In this document: piece after piece, positions 31,600 to 41,200 of the stretch
Layout: every line of letters starts with the position of its first letter
Numbering within the stretch: position 1 is the stretch's first letter
The notes under the pieces: model-generated
What the model was told of the DNA's origin: nothing
Seen by the model: the letters and a program-made list of their open reading frames with translations, nothing else
Database searches by the model: none
Assembly (NCBI GenBank): GCA_041690595.1
Contig: JAWLHB010000008.1
Span: 1 to 64,000, forward strand
From: Lentisphaeria bacterium
GTDB taxonomy: Bacteria > Verrucomicrobiota > Lentisphaeria > JABSQK01 > JAWLHB01
Length of the DNA: 64,000 nucleotides
Direction: 5' to 3'
Program-made: the position numbers and the translations under genes

Positions 31600-32970
31600 A
31601 TGAGCGATTTTCTGGGGGAAACCTACCTGCTGAGCACTGCGCCCGCCCGCGACCTCTACGCGGCGGTAGCCGATCTGCCGATCATCGATGCGCACAACCA
31701 TGCCGACGTCAAGGAGATCGCCGAGAACGCGTGCTACACAGACCTCTGGCAGATCGAGGCGGCGACGGATCATTATGTATGGGAGCTGCTGCGCAAGCGG
31801 GGCGTTCCGGAGCGGCTGATCACGGGCGACGCGAGCAATCGGGAGAAGTGGCTTTCGGCGGCTCGCGTATGGGAGGAGCTTGCGGGCAATCCAACTTACG
31901 AATGGGTGCACCTCGACCTCAAGCGGCTTCTCGGGATCGACGAGTTGATCAACGGCGAGAATGGGGCGATGATCTGGGAGCGCAGCGCGGCGATCCTGCA
32001 ACGAGACGACATGCGGCCTCAGGCGTTGCTGAAGCGGATGAAGGTAGAGGTGATGGGGTCGACGGACGATCCGATCGACAGCCTGGAGCATCACCAGAAG
32101 CTGCAGGATTCGCCTATCGCGGGCATGGTGCGGCCGACCTTCCGTCCCGACAAGGCGATGAACATCTTCAAGCCGGATTGGCGGGACTACATTCACAAGC
32201 TGGAGAAACGGGTTGGCGAGAGCTTTCGGTCGATCAGCGACCTGATCCAGGCTCTGCGTCAGGCCCATGATTATTTTGCGGCGAACGGGTGCCTGGCGAG
32301 CGACCACGGGGTGGAGATCCCCTACGCGCACTTCGTCGACGAAGCGGATGCGGATGCGGTCTTCCGGAAGGCGCTGCGTCGCGAGGCAATCGGCAAGGAG
32401 GAAGAGATCGCCTATATGTCCTACGTGATGCACGAGATGGCACGGCTGGACAGCGAGAAGGGGTGGGTCTTTCAACTGCACATGGGGGCGGTGCGAGATA
32501 TCCGCGATTCGCTGTCGCGGGAGCTTGGCCCCGATACGGGCGGTGACATCTCGAATCATCACATGCCGATCGTGGCGCCGCTGCGCGATCTGCTCAACCG
32601 CTTTGACGGCAACCTGAAGGTGGTCCTCTACTGCCTGGATCCAACGCATCAGGCGACGCTGGCCACGCTGGCCCGCGCCTTCGGCAAGAATGTCAGCCTG
32701 GGTTCGGCCTGGTGGCTCAACGATACACCAGTGGGCATGCGCACACAGTTGGAGTATATTGCCGGGGTCGATCTGCTGATGAACTCGGCCGGCATGGTCT
32801 CCGATTCGCGCAAGCTCTTCTCCTATGGCTCGCGGCACGAGATGTTCCGGCGCGTGCTCTGCGATGTCGTCGGCAACATGGTATCGCTGGGCCGCATGCC
32901 GATGCGCGTGGCGGAGAAGCTGGTGGTGCGCGTTGCCTATGACAATCCAAAGTCGCTCTTCGGCTTCTGA
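31600..32970 (+). CDS. uxaC: Glucuronate (uronate) isomerase
   Basis: LPIIDAHNH, DHYVW, GNPTYEW, PTFRPD, QLHMGA, GSAWWLND, SDSRK. Confidence 0.93.
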   Translation: MSDFLGETYLLSTAPARDLYAAVADLPIIDAHNHADVKEIAENACYTDLWQIEAATDHYVWELLRKRGVPERLITGDASNREKWLSAARVWEELAGNPTYEWVHLDLKRLLGIDELINGENGAMIWERSAAILQRDDMRPQALLKRMKVEVMGSTDDPIDSLEHHQKLQDSPIAGMVRPTFRPDKAMNIFKPDWRDYIHKLEKRVGESFRSISDLIQALRQAHDYFAANGCLASDHGVEIPYAHFVDEADADAVFRKALRREAIGKEEEIAYMSYVMHEMARLDSEKGWVFQLHMGAVRDIRDSLSRELGPDTGGDISNHHMPIVAPLRDLLNRFDGNLKVVLYCLDPTHQATLATLARAFGKNVSLGSAWWLNDTPVGMRTQLEYIAGVDLLMNSAGMVSDSRKLFSYGSRHEMFRRVLCDVVGNMVSLGRMPMRVAEKLVVRVAYDNPKSLFGF

Positions 32971-33073
32971 GCTGAAGTTGACAGAGGGGCAAGGGCGTGG
33001 TCATTTACAGAGCGACGCCCCAGCTCCGCGTCACTTGTTTTTTTCTCTTCGTCACCCATTGAAAGGAATCGAC

Positions 33074-34234
33074 GTGCAACATCCCCTGCACACAGAAACA
33101 CTGGCAGCATACGAAGCGCATTTTGGCGCTTCTCCGGCCGTCGTGGCCCGTGCCCCTGGACGGCTCGAAGTACTGGGTAATCATACGGATTACAACGAGG
33201 GCTTCGTAATCAGTTGCGCCATCGATCGGAGTACCTGGGTTGCGGCCGGTCCGGCGGCGGGCGACGAATGCGTCCTCTGTCTCGCGGCGGACGGCACCGA
33301 ACGACGCTTCCGGCTGGCGGAGCTGTCCACGCCCGAACGAGGCGACTGGGCCAATTATATCAAGGGATTGGTGGTGGAGCTTCAGGAGCGGGGCCATGCG
33401 GTGGCGCCGTTTCAGGCGATGGTCCTCAGCGACGTGCCGATGTCGGCCGGGATGAGCAGCTCGGCGGCGCTGGAAATGTCCGCGCTGCTGGCACTTTGCC
33501 AACTGAACGATGTGGAGCTTCCGGCCGCCGAGCTTGCCCGGATCGGCCAGGCGTGTGAGAACCGTTACGTCGGCGCCAACACGGGCTTGCTCGATCAGTT
33601 CACCTCGCTCATGGGCAAGGCCAATCAGCTCGTTTATATCGACTTCCGCACCCTGGCCGTGGAACAGATTCCCTGCCCGGAAGAGGCCGCCTTCGTGGTA
33701 GCGAACAGCGGCGTGAAGCACGATCTTACGCAGGATTACAACGAGAGACGGGAACGGTGCGAGGAAGCAGCGGCCGTGCTGGCCCGGCTCAACCCGCGGG
33801 TCCGGAAGCTCCGAGACGTATCGACGGAGGAGTTGAATGGGGCGCGAGACCAGATGGCTCACCTTGCCTGGTGCCGCGCGCGTCACATAACCGGGGAGAA
33901 CGAGCGGGTGCAGGCGGGGCTGACCGCCCTGCAGGCGGGCGATCTGGAAGCCTTTGGACGCCTGCTCTACGAATCGCATCAGAGTTCACGCGACTACTTC
34001 GAGAACAGCTGCCCGGAGCTGGACATCCTGGTAGAGACGGCCAAGTCGCTGGGAGCGCTTGGCGCGCGCCTGAGCGGCGGCGGCTTTGGCGGCATCTCGA
34101 TTCATCTGGTCGAACGAGACGAAGCCGAGCTTTATCGGCAGCGTCTGGCGACCGCCTTTCAATCACGCACAGGCCGGAAACTGGAAACCATGATCTGCAC
34201 CATCGGTGAGGGAGCGCACGCCCATGTTCGATAG
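33074..34234 (+). CDS. galK: Galactokinase
   Basis: APGR..LGNHTDYNEG, PMSAGMSSSAALE, GARLSGGGFGG; GTG start after AAGGA. Confidence 0.88.
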   Translation: MQHPLHTETLAAYEAHFGASPAVVARAPGRLEVLGNHTDYNEGFVISCAIDRSTWVAAGPAAGDECVLCLAADGTERRFRLAELSTPERGDWANYIKGLVVELQERGHAVAPFQAMVLSDVPMSAGMSSSAALEMSALLALCQLNDVELPAAELARIGQACENRYVGANTGLLDQFTSLMGKANQLVYIDFRTLAVEQIPCPEEAAFVVANSGVKHDLTQDYNERRERCEEAAAVLARLNPRVRKLRDVSTEELNGARDQMAHLAWCRARHITGENERVQAGLTALQAGDLEAFGRLLYESHQSSRDYFENSCPELDILVETAKSLGALGARLSGGGFGGISIHLVERDEAELYRQRLATAFQSRTGRKLETMICTIGEGAHAHVR

Positions 34235-35642
34235 CTTGACCGACAAGCTGCAAGAGACCTTTCGCGACCTGACGGGACGCGGTAGATTGACAGAGCAGAA
34301 TATCGAAGACGCCATGCGGCAGGTACGCCTGGCGCTGCTGGAAGCGGATGTCAACTACAAGACCGTCAAGGATTTCGTGGCGGACGTTCAGCAGGAATGC
34401 CTGAACGAAAAGGTGCTCAAGAGCGTGACGCCTGGGCAGCAGGCGATCAAGGTGGTGAACGACAAGCTGGCGGCGCTGATGGGAGAAGCGAATGCGCCGC
34501 TGGAGCTGACGTCGCAGCCGGCACCGATCATGATGGTGGGGTTGCATGGCAGCGGCAAGACGACCACGACCGCCAAACTGGCAAACCACCTGCGGAAGCA
34601 GGGGAGGAAGGTCCTGCTGGTGGCGGCCGACGTCTACCGGCCGGCGGCCATCGATCAGCTGGAATTTCTGGGCAAGCAGCTGGGGATCAAGGTCTACAGC
34701 GATCGCGCCTCGACGGACATCAGCAAGATCGCACTGGCGGCGCGCGATTACGCGCGACAGGAGCATCTGGATACGATGATCCTGGATACGGCGGGCCGTC
34801 TGCAGGTGGACGAAGAGCTGGTTCAGGAGCTGATCACGCTGAAGCAGACGATCCAGCCGAACGAGGTCCTGCTGGTGGCCGATGCGGCTCTCGGACAGGA
34901 AGCTGTCTCCGTCGCGACGCATTTTGATGAAGCGCTGGCGATCACCGGCATCATCCTGACGAAGCTGGACGGCGATGCGCGGGGCGGCGCGGCGCTCTCC
35001 ATGCGCAAGGTCACGGGCAAGCCGATCAAGTTCGTGGGCGTGGGCGAGAAGATCGAGGATCTGGAGCCCTTCCATCCGGAACGCATGGCGTCGCGCATCC
35101 TGGGCATGGGCGATGTGGTGAGCCTGGTCGAGAAGGCCGCCGAGACCATCTCGATGGATGAAGCGAAGCGGCTCGAAGAGAAGATGATCAAGAATCAGTT
35201 CGACCTGAACGATTTTCTCAATCAGCTCAACCAGCTGCGCAAGCTCGGGGGGATGAGCACCGTCCTCAATATGATCCCCGGGGGCCGCAACCTGACGCAG
35301 GGGATGGACATCAACGAGGACATGCTGCGCCATGTCGAGGCGATCATCTTCTCGATGACGCCGTACGAGCGCTCACATCCGGAAGTGCTCAACCAGATCA
35401 CGCGGCGCAAGCGTATCGCGCAGGGCTGCGGTCGTCCTCTGGTGGACGTGCAGCAGTTGCTGAAGCGCTTCGAGGTGATGCGTCAGATGATGCAGCGCTA
35501 CGGCAAGATGTCGAAGGCGATGAGCGCGGGCGGAGCACCGCCGTCGCCTGGCCAGATAGCCCAGGGTGGCGGCGGCGGAAACGCCCCCCGCCGCGAGAGC
35601 CAGAAAGAGAAGAAGAAGCGCCGCAAGAAGGGCCGCCGCTAG
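34224..35642 (+). CDS. ffh: Signal recognition particle protein Ffh
   Basis: MFDSL, GLHGSGKTT, DTAGR, TKLDGDARGG, PERMASRILGMGD. Confidence 0.97.
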   Translation: MFDSLTDKLQETFRDLTGRGRLTEQNIEDAMRQVRLALLEADVNYKTVKDFVADVQQECLNEKVLKSVTPGQQAIKVVNDKLAALMGEANAPLELTSQPAPIMMVGLHGSGKTTTTAKLANHLRKQGRKVLLVAADVYRPAAIDQLEFLGKQLGIKVYSDRASTDISKIALAARDYARQEHLDTMILDTAGRLQVDEELVQELITLKQTIQPNEVLLVADAALGQEAVSVATHFDEALAITGIILTKLDGDARGGAALSMRKVTGKPIKFVGVGEKIEDLEPFHPERMASRILGMGDVVSLVEKAAETISMDEAKRLEEKMIKNQFDLNDFLNQLNQLRKLGGMSTVLNMIPGGRNLTQGMDINEDMLRHVEAIIFSMTPYERSHPEVLNQITRRKRIAQGCGRPLVDVQQLLKRFEVMRQMMQRYGKMSKAMSAGGAPPSPGQIAQGGGGGNAPRRESQKEKKKRRKKGRR

Positions 35643-35644
35643 GC

Positions 35645-35730
35645 GGGGACGCGGGGACGGGCGAAGGTATGCAGGAGGATTAACCACAAAGAACGCAGAG
35701 ATCGCAAAAAACGAGCGGGGGCGGGGAGCG
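35645..35730 (+). repeat. 86-bp dispersed repeat, copy 1
   Basis: 79/86 identical by eye to 38683-38768; contains AACCACAAAGAACGCA. Confidence 0.9.
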
Positions 35731-35993
35731 ATTCGAGGCTCTTCGAGCAGCGGGGTTGCTTTGGGAGGCCGTAGAGGTAATCGAATGAATCGACTTAAGT
35801 CGAGTAAATCGAAAGTGTCGAGATCACGGAGGCGCGGGGACGCGGAGGCGGAAACATCAGGCAGCCCACGGGGCTCAGCATACCATCAGTGCGCGCGCCG
35901 CCCGCAACAGCTCCGCCTCATGTCGCCGCTCGGAGAGCGCCTCACTAATAAGTCCCATTGAATTGAGTTCACGCGGGGAGGGGGCGACGGCGT

Positions 35994-36098
35994 GGACGCA
36001 ACCCCCGAATGGGGTTGATGGGGCGGCGGGAGTTTACCCAGGGTAGCACCGCCTTTGGCGGCACAACCCTGGGCTAAGGGACGTAGCCCCGTTGGGGC
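35994..36098. repeat. REP-like palindromic element
   Basis: Hairpins CAACCCC-cgaat-GGGGTTG, CCCAGGGT...ACCCTGGG and GCCCC-gtt-GGGGC. Confidence 0.65.
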
Positions 36099-36303
36099 AA
36101 AGGGCAAAAAGAGACGGCGTTTTCTGTAAAATTGAGCTCACGCGGGAGGATGGCATTGGATTTGAACTTATGAAGAACAATGTCCAGGCAACGGCCGGGT
36201 GGGGACTCCCACTTTGACGGAGAGATCGGTGCGACAGTGGAGCGCATCGTAGGTGTACTCGACCGGATAGGTGCGAGCCGCAGAATCCGGGAAGGAGGTG
36301 GGC

Positions 36304-37053
36304 TCAGAACTCGACGTACCACTGGGGCTTGTTGGACGAGCCCAAGGGCAGAGGAGCCTGAAGAACCTGCACATGCCCGTCGCCATGGAGGGAGTTCAGT
36401 CTATCGCTGTGCCGGGCGACAAAGGGGTAGGCAGTGCTCATGGGTTGCCAACTGGGGTAGCGGCCGAATCCACGACCGTCAAACGAGAGGACGAGTTGAT
36501 CCGGAAACTTGGCCCGGGTGTTCATGGAGGGAAAGGCGCGTTGCGGATTGTATATTGGATCCCAGCCATTGACAATGTAGGCAGGGAAATAGAGGTTGCC
36601 GTCGCCGACATCCCAACTGTGGTAGGCGTCGCCGCTTTCCGGCATGGTGCGAGTCGGGCAATTGAGCAGATTGTCCATTCGTAGACCGTATTTGTTATCG
36701 CCTATGGCAATAACATTCTTTGCCCAGTAGTTGGACCAAGCGCCCGTACCGACCACAGGATTCTCCTCTTGGCCAAGGTAGGGTCGAAGCATATTGAACC
36801 AGGTCCAATCGAGATTATTGCCAGGCATTGGGCTTCCGCCATAGCAATAGGGGAGCCAGGCGTCGTTCTCCTCGGCATACATGGAGAGGGCCAGCCCCTG
36901 CTGTTTAAGGTTGTTCTGGCAACCCGTGGCGCGGGCTTTTTCGCGTGCCTGGCTCAGCGCCGGCAAAAGCATGCTGGCCAGAATGGCGATAATCGCCACG
37001 ACTACCAGCAACTCGATGAGGGTGAACATGGAGCTGAGACGCGAGGCTTTCAT
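36304..37053 (-). CDS. Prepilin-type N-terminal cleavage/methylation protein with H-X9-DG C-terminal motif (DUF1559-like)
   Basis: [53 protein letters not shown]. Confidence 0.92.
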   Translation of the reverse strand: MKASRLSSMFTLIELLVVVAIIAILASMLLPALSQAREKARATGCQNNLKQQGLALSMYAEENDAWLPYCYGGSPMPGNNLDWTWFNMLRPYLGQEENPVVGTGAWSNYWAKNVIAIGDNKYGLRMDNLLNCPTRTMPESGDAYHSWDVGDGNLYFPAYIVNGWDPIYNPQRAFPSMNTRAKFPDQLVLSFDGRGFGRYPSWQPMSTAYPFVARHSDRLNSLHGDGHVQVLQAPLPLGSSNKPQWYVEF

Positions 37054-37403
37054 GAGGGACTCCCATTTCGGATTGTGATTGAGTGGGATGTGAAGCAAGT
37101 AGACGACAAAACATCCAACGACGAAGAACGTTGCCCTACTTTTATCAATCCTTAATCAGACTTATTGTGAGCGGCACTACCTATATATACGCAATACCAT
37201 GGCCCCATTCAAGCGCGGCCCTGAAAGATTGACCCCTCAGCGTGCCTGGAAATCGTCATGCATGGGAGTGAACTACCAACGCATCACAAGCACTCTATCC
37301 GACGGGTTGCGAGGGACCTGAAGGGTGGCTGGGATCACTGAGGGGAGAGAGATGGGCTCAGAATTCAGCCCTTGACACCAAACCAAATACCATCTCATTT
37401 CAC

Positions 37404-37422
37404 GCTTTTATCAAATAAAAGC
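37404..37422. promoter_or_regulatory. AT-rich perfect palindrome, candidate operator
   Basis: GCTTTTAT-CAA-ATAAAAGC between the GntR gene and the prepilin-like gene. Confidence 0.35.
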
Positions 37423-37470
37423 AGCAAGAGCCGCCGGGGTCTGCATGAGGCAATGGGCAGCGGTGCAGTG

Positions 37471-38550
37471 TCAGCCGGTGGAGCGGCCGATAATGAGGCG
37501 GGGGCGCAACCAGATGGTATGGCGGCGATCGGGGTGCTGGCGCCGCTGAAGCAGTTCGACGGCAGCGTGGACGAAGCCCTCGTTCTCACTGCTGAGGGTG
37601 GTGATGCCGCACTCCTCCGACCACGGCGTGGCGAGGCAGCCGGTCACCGCGAGATCGTCGGGAATGCGCAATCCGGCCTGCTCAGCGGCGCGCATGACCA
37701 TGACAGCTTCCCAGTCGTAGGTACAGACCACGGCGTCCGGCCTGTCGGGCTGCGAAAGGCGTTTGGCGATGGCGACAATGTTTGCATTCTGTCCATTGCC
37801 GATCGGAGACCTGCTGTACTCGAAGATATCGGTCCGATCCCAGCCGCCGCAGACGCTGAGGGCATGCCGGAAGCCGTCCGTGGAATGATAGGAGAAGCCA
37901 CTCCTCGGTATGTGCTGAAGGAGAGTCACGCTACGCCGGCCCGTCTCCCAGAGGTGGCGCAGCACTTGCAGGTAACCGTATCCGAAATCAAGCGCCACGA
38001 GGTCTCCGGGCAGGTCGGCCTGCAATGCCGTACCTTCCGAGATCCAGACGATCTGGTCGTACCTGTGGCCCTCTTTCAGGATGTAGTCGATCAGAGGGCC
38101 GCTGTGGATCTGCAGGAGCAGGCGACGGCAGCCGACCCGGTACAAGCGCTCGAATACTTCCCGCAATTCGGTTTCAGAACGGTGCTCGCCCATGTCGAAG
38201 ACGGTGGGCACGAGACCGTTTTCCTGCATGTGGCTGACCAACAACTGCGCGCGCTCGCCATAGACATCGCCAGTGGTCATCAGCACGGTCGCCACCATGG
38301 GGGAGGCGGTGGACTCGCCAGCCAGCGCGGTGATGTAGGTGCCACTGCCACGCCGACGCTCGATCAGCCCCTCGACCTCGAGTTCTTCCAGAGCAAAGCG
38401 CAGGGTCTGCCGGTTGCACGAGAATTTCTCGGCCATCTCGACTTCAGGCGGCATTCTGTCGCCGGGAGAGAAGGCGCCACTGCTGATCAGCAGCCGCAGT
38501 TCCTCTTCGACCTGATTGCGCAATAAGGGGCGCCTACCGAGTTTTGTCAT
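37471..38550 (-). CDS. GntR-family regulator with LacI/periplasmic-binding-type sensor domain
   Basis: PGDRMPPE..R.TLR.AL..L..EGLIERRRGSGTYI HTH; PDAVVC..GLRIPDDLAV C-terminus. Confidence 0.9.
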   Translation of the reverse strand: MTKLGRRPLLRNQVEEELRLLISSGAFSPGDRMPPEVEMAEKFSCNRQTLRFALEELEVEGLIERRRGSGTYITALAGESTASPMVATVLMTTGDVYGERAQLLVSHMQENGLVPTVFDMGEHRSETELREVFERLYRVGCRRLLLQIHSGPLIDYILKEGHRYDQIVWISEGTALQADLPGDLVALDFGYGYLQVLRHLWETGRRSVTLLQHIPRSGFSYHSTDGFRHALSVCGGWDRTDIFEYSRSPIGNGQNANIVAIAKRLSQPDRPDAVVCTYDWEAVMVMRAAEQAGLRIPDDLAVTGCLATPWSEECGITTLSSENEGFVHAAVELLQRRQHPDRRHTIWLRPRLIIGRSTG

Positions 38551-38632
38551 CGACGCTCAACCTCCACGCTGGATGGGAAAAGGGCGAGGTGAGGGCATGC
38601 CGCGCCCACTGACATACCCGCAAACTGGTTCC

Positions 38633-38661
38633 AAGATGCACGGGCACTCGGTTGATGTCAA
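38633..38661 (-). promoter_or_regulatory. Candidate sigma70 promoter of the GntR gene
   Basis: Minus strand TTGACA-17 nt-CATCTT. Confidence 0.4.
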
Positions 38662-38682
38662 GCCAGCAGGAGAAGATGTGTG

Positions 38683-38768
38683 GGGGACACGGAGACGGGC
38701 GGAGGTATGCAGGAGGATTAACCACAAAGAACGCAAAGATCGCAGAGAACGAGCGGGGGAGGGGAGCG
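38683..38768 (+). repeat. 86-bp dispersed repeat, copy 2
   Basis: Direct repeat of 35645-35730. Confidence 0.9.
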
Positions 38769-38901
38769 CACGGGGACGCGGGGACGCGAAGTGGACGAAG
38801 TGGACTGACGGGGCCGTTTGGGGCAACGGCCCAAAACGAACCGAGGACGGCAATGCAGAGCGCACAGAATGGATGTCGATGAATAGTTTTGTTTTTCCGA
38901 C

Positions 38902-38931
38902 TTGACTTTTGCGTTATTTATGATATACATT
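38902..38931 (+). promoter_or_regulatory. Candidate sigma70 promoter upstream of the intron-interrupted ORF
   Basis: TTGACT-18 nt-TACATT in an AT-rich patch. Confidence 0.4.
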
Positions 38932-38976
38932 AAAACGTCCATAGGATAGTTACCATAAGCTTTGTGGGGAGTGGAA

Positions 38977-39236
38977 ATGAGGGGACTTGGCGAGAGGATG
39001 CGGCGGTTTGCGGAGGAGTCTGTGAAGGACTTATGTGCGGCGAAGGCGGCGCCGCGGGCGGGTTATGCGGAGTCGTTCGCGAAGGCGCGGGCGACGGAGT
39101 TGCTGCAGGTTAGGAGGGTGCCGTTGCTGGTGCGGGAGTTGGTGGGGGAGGAGAAAGAGGCGCTGGGGTATGGGTATCTGGTGAGGAGGGACTTGGCGGA
39201 CCGAGTGGCAAGGCGAACGAGTGGGCCGAATCGTCG
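38977..39236 (+). other. Orphan ORF 5' part, putative exon 1 of the intron host
   Basis: GGAG RBS plus ATG 38977, open up to the predicted intron start; extremely G-rich; no recognised family. Confidence 0.35.
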
Positions 39237-41182
39237 TTGCGATTCGGGGAACCGATGGAAAGCGCCGGTAAAGGCCGGCATGGAGTAGAGGATGAGAGAG
39301 CCTTACAGTGAAGACTTAGCCAGTAGCACTGGCCCCGAGCTATGCCTCGACGACCCGCAAGGGCGTGGGGAAGCGTTAGTAGGGGTACGCAGAAGCGGGC
39401 TATTGAGCTCCGATATGATCATTCGGGTGCCGGTCCCCTCATCGGACGGGTCGGCGACACGGTGGGCGGCGCCTTGGCGAGCCGCGCCCCGGCTCGACGG
39501 AGTCACAGAACCTGGCACCTGCGGAAACTCCATGCACGGAAACCGGGAGAGCTTGGCGAATGCCTCGTCAGCGTACGTTTGCACGCGAGCGCGAGGGGGT
39601 TGCGTGAAGCCGATGAGGCGCGCGACGCAATCTGGAGTAGCCAAGCAGTCAGACGACAGCGTAGTACCAAAGAAGGTGCCGAACAAGGGAACGGCGGTTC
39701 CCGCGGAGACACTGGAGGGAAGGCATGTCGACTGAGAGGAACGTGGACAAGCAAGCCGTGCTCCGGACGCAGAGCCGGGCTCGCACGTCGTCCTTACTTG
39801 CTCGCGTGCGTGAACGAAGTACGTCAGACCGGCACACCCGGTTCACCAACCTGTACAGTCACCTGAGTGTGGACCTGTTGCGCGACAGCTTCTATGAGCT
39901 GAACCGCTCGGCCACGCCGGGGATTGACGGAGTCACGTGGGCTCGGTATGCGGTCAATCTGGAGTCCAACCTGACGAGGCTGCACAAACAGCTACACACG
40001 GGGACGTATCAGGCGCGGCCGGTGCTGCGTCGCTACATCCTCAAGCGGGATGGACGTCAGCGACCGCTGGGGCTCACGACGCTGGAAGACAAGCTTGTGC
40101 AGCAGGCCTGCGCCGCGCTGTTACAGGCGGTCTACGAGCCGCTCTTTGCGGGTTTCAGCTATGGCTTCCGTACGGGCTGCCAACCGCATCACGCGCTGGA
40201 CGCGCTGTATGCGGGGGTGGTACGCAAGAAGATCCGCTATGTGCTCGATGCTGACATCAAGGGCTTTTTCGATGCAATAGACCACGATCTGCTACTTAAC
40301 GCGTTGAAGCGGCACATCAGCGATCCGCGCTTGCTGCGCCTGATCTGCAAATGGCTGAAAACCGGCCATGTGGAGGACGGGACTCGGCATCCGGGCACGG
40401 TAGGTACGCCTCAGGGAGGGGTCATTTCCCCGATCCTGGGTAACATCTACCTGCACTACGCGCTCGACCTGTACGCCGAGAAATGGCGAAAGTCGCAGAC
40501 ACGCGGTGACATGATCATAGTCCGCTATGCGGACGACTTCGTGGTGGGCTTTCAGTACTACCACGAGGCCGAGCGTTTCCGCCGCGACTTGGCGGCACGC
40601 TTCGAGCAGGTCAAGCTCACGTTGCATCCGGAAAAGACACGCCTGATCGAATTTGGTCGCTTTGCCGAGCAAAACCGCCTTGAGCGCGGCGAAGGACGAC
40701 CGGAAACCTTCGACTTCCTTGGCTTCACGCACTGCTGTGCGAAGACGACCCAAGGAAAGTTCTGGATCCGCCGACTCACGATCAAATCGCGCCTGCGCGA
40801 CAAGCTGCTCGCGATCAAGCAGCAGCTGTGGTCCCGCATGCACCAACCGATCAGCGTGACCAGCGCGTGGCTGAGAAGTGTCATCACCGGCTACATGCAG
40901 TACCATGCTATCCCCGGTAATATGGGGCGCGTGGGCATGTTTCGTGATGAGGTGGTGACTCACTGGCTCCGCGTCATCCGACGCCGCAGCCAGAAAGGTC
41001 GAAAATGGACGTGGGCACGATTCAATCAGTATCTGAATCCGCTCCTTCCACAACCGACCCTCTGCCATCCGCTACCCCTGACTCGTTTTGACGCCACTAC
41101 TCAAGGTAGGAGCCGTATGAAGTAGTACTTCACGTACGGATCTGTGCGGGGGGTGCCGGGCGACCGGCATCCCTACCGCGAT
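39237..41182 (+). mobile_element. Group II intron (IIB-like, probably bacterial class E; no endonuclease domain)
   Basis: Domain V GAGCCGTATGAAGTAGTACTTCACGTACGGATC (about 41110-41143; AGC triad, AC bulge), domain VI with bulged A ending ...CCCTACCGCGAT (41182); intron-like GGAAACCGGGAG and GTAGTACC segments before the ORF; 5' end TTGCG at 39237 is uncertain. Confidence 0.88.
39725..41125 (+). CDS. ltrA: Group II intron reverse transcriptase/maturase
   Basis: PGIDGVT, RPLG...DKLVQ, SYGFR, DIKGFFD, GTPQGGVISP, RYADDF, FDFLGF, maturase X domain; stop falls in the domain V loop. Confidence 0.95.
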   Translation: MSTERNVDKQAVLRTQSRARTSSLLARVRERSTSDRHTRFTNLYSHLSVDLLRDSFYELNRSATPGIDGVTWARYAVNLESNLTRLHKQLHTGTYQARPVLRRYILKRDGRQRPLGLTTLEDKLVQQACAALLQAVYEPLFAGFSYGFRTGCQPHHALDALYAGVVRKKIRYVLDADIKGFFDAIDHDLLLNALKRHISDPRLLRLICKWLKTGHVEDGTRHPGTVGTPQGGVISPILGNIYLHYALDLYAEKWRKSQTRGDMIIVRYADDFVVGFQYYHEAERFRRDLAARFEQVKLTLHPEKTRLIEFGRFAEQNRLERGEGRPETFDFLGFTHCCAKTTQGKFWIRRLTIKSRLRDKLLAIKQQLWSRMHQPISVTSAWLRSVITGYMQYHAIPGNMGRVGMFRDEVVTHWLRVIRRRSQKGRKWTWARFNQYLNPLLPQPTLCHPLPLTRFDATTQGRSRMK

Positions 41183-41200
41183 TGCCGGGACCGAGGAATC

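Noticed and set aside
39035..39039. GTGCG as intron 5' end
   Set aside because: Followed by about 200 nt of G-rich, C-poor sequence unlike a structured domain I; intron-like sequence starts near 39237. Not formally excluded
39348..39353. CGACGA as EBS1 complementary to TCGTCG before 39237
   Set aside because: Appears to lie in the stem leading to the GCAA tetraloop rather than in an EBS loop; needs a folding model
39292..39735. ORF MREPYSEDLASSTGPELC...
   Set aside because: Lies within the intron ribozyme domains; most likely a spurious frame
39725..41125. RT as retron, DGR or defence RT
   Set aside because: Maturase X domain and clear intron domain V/VI identify a group II intron; no TR/VR pair seen
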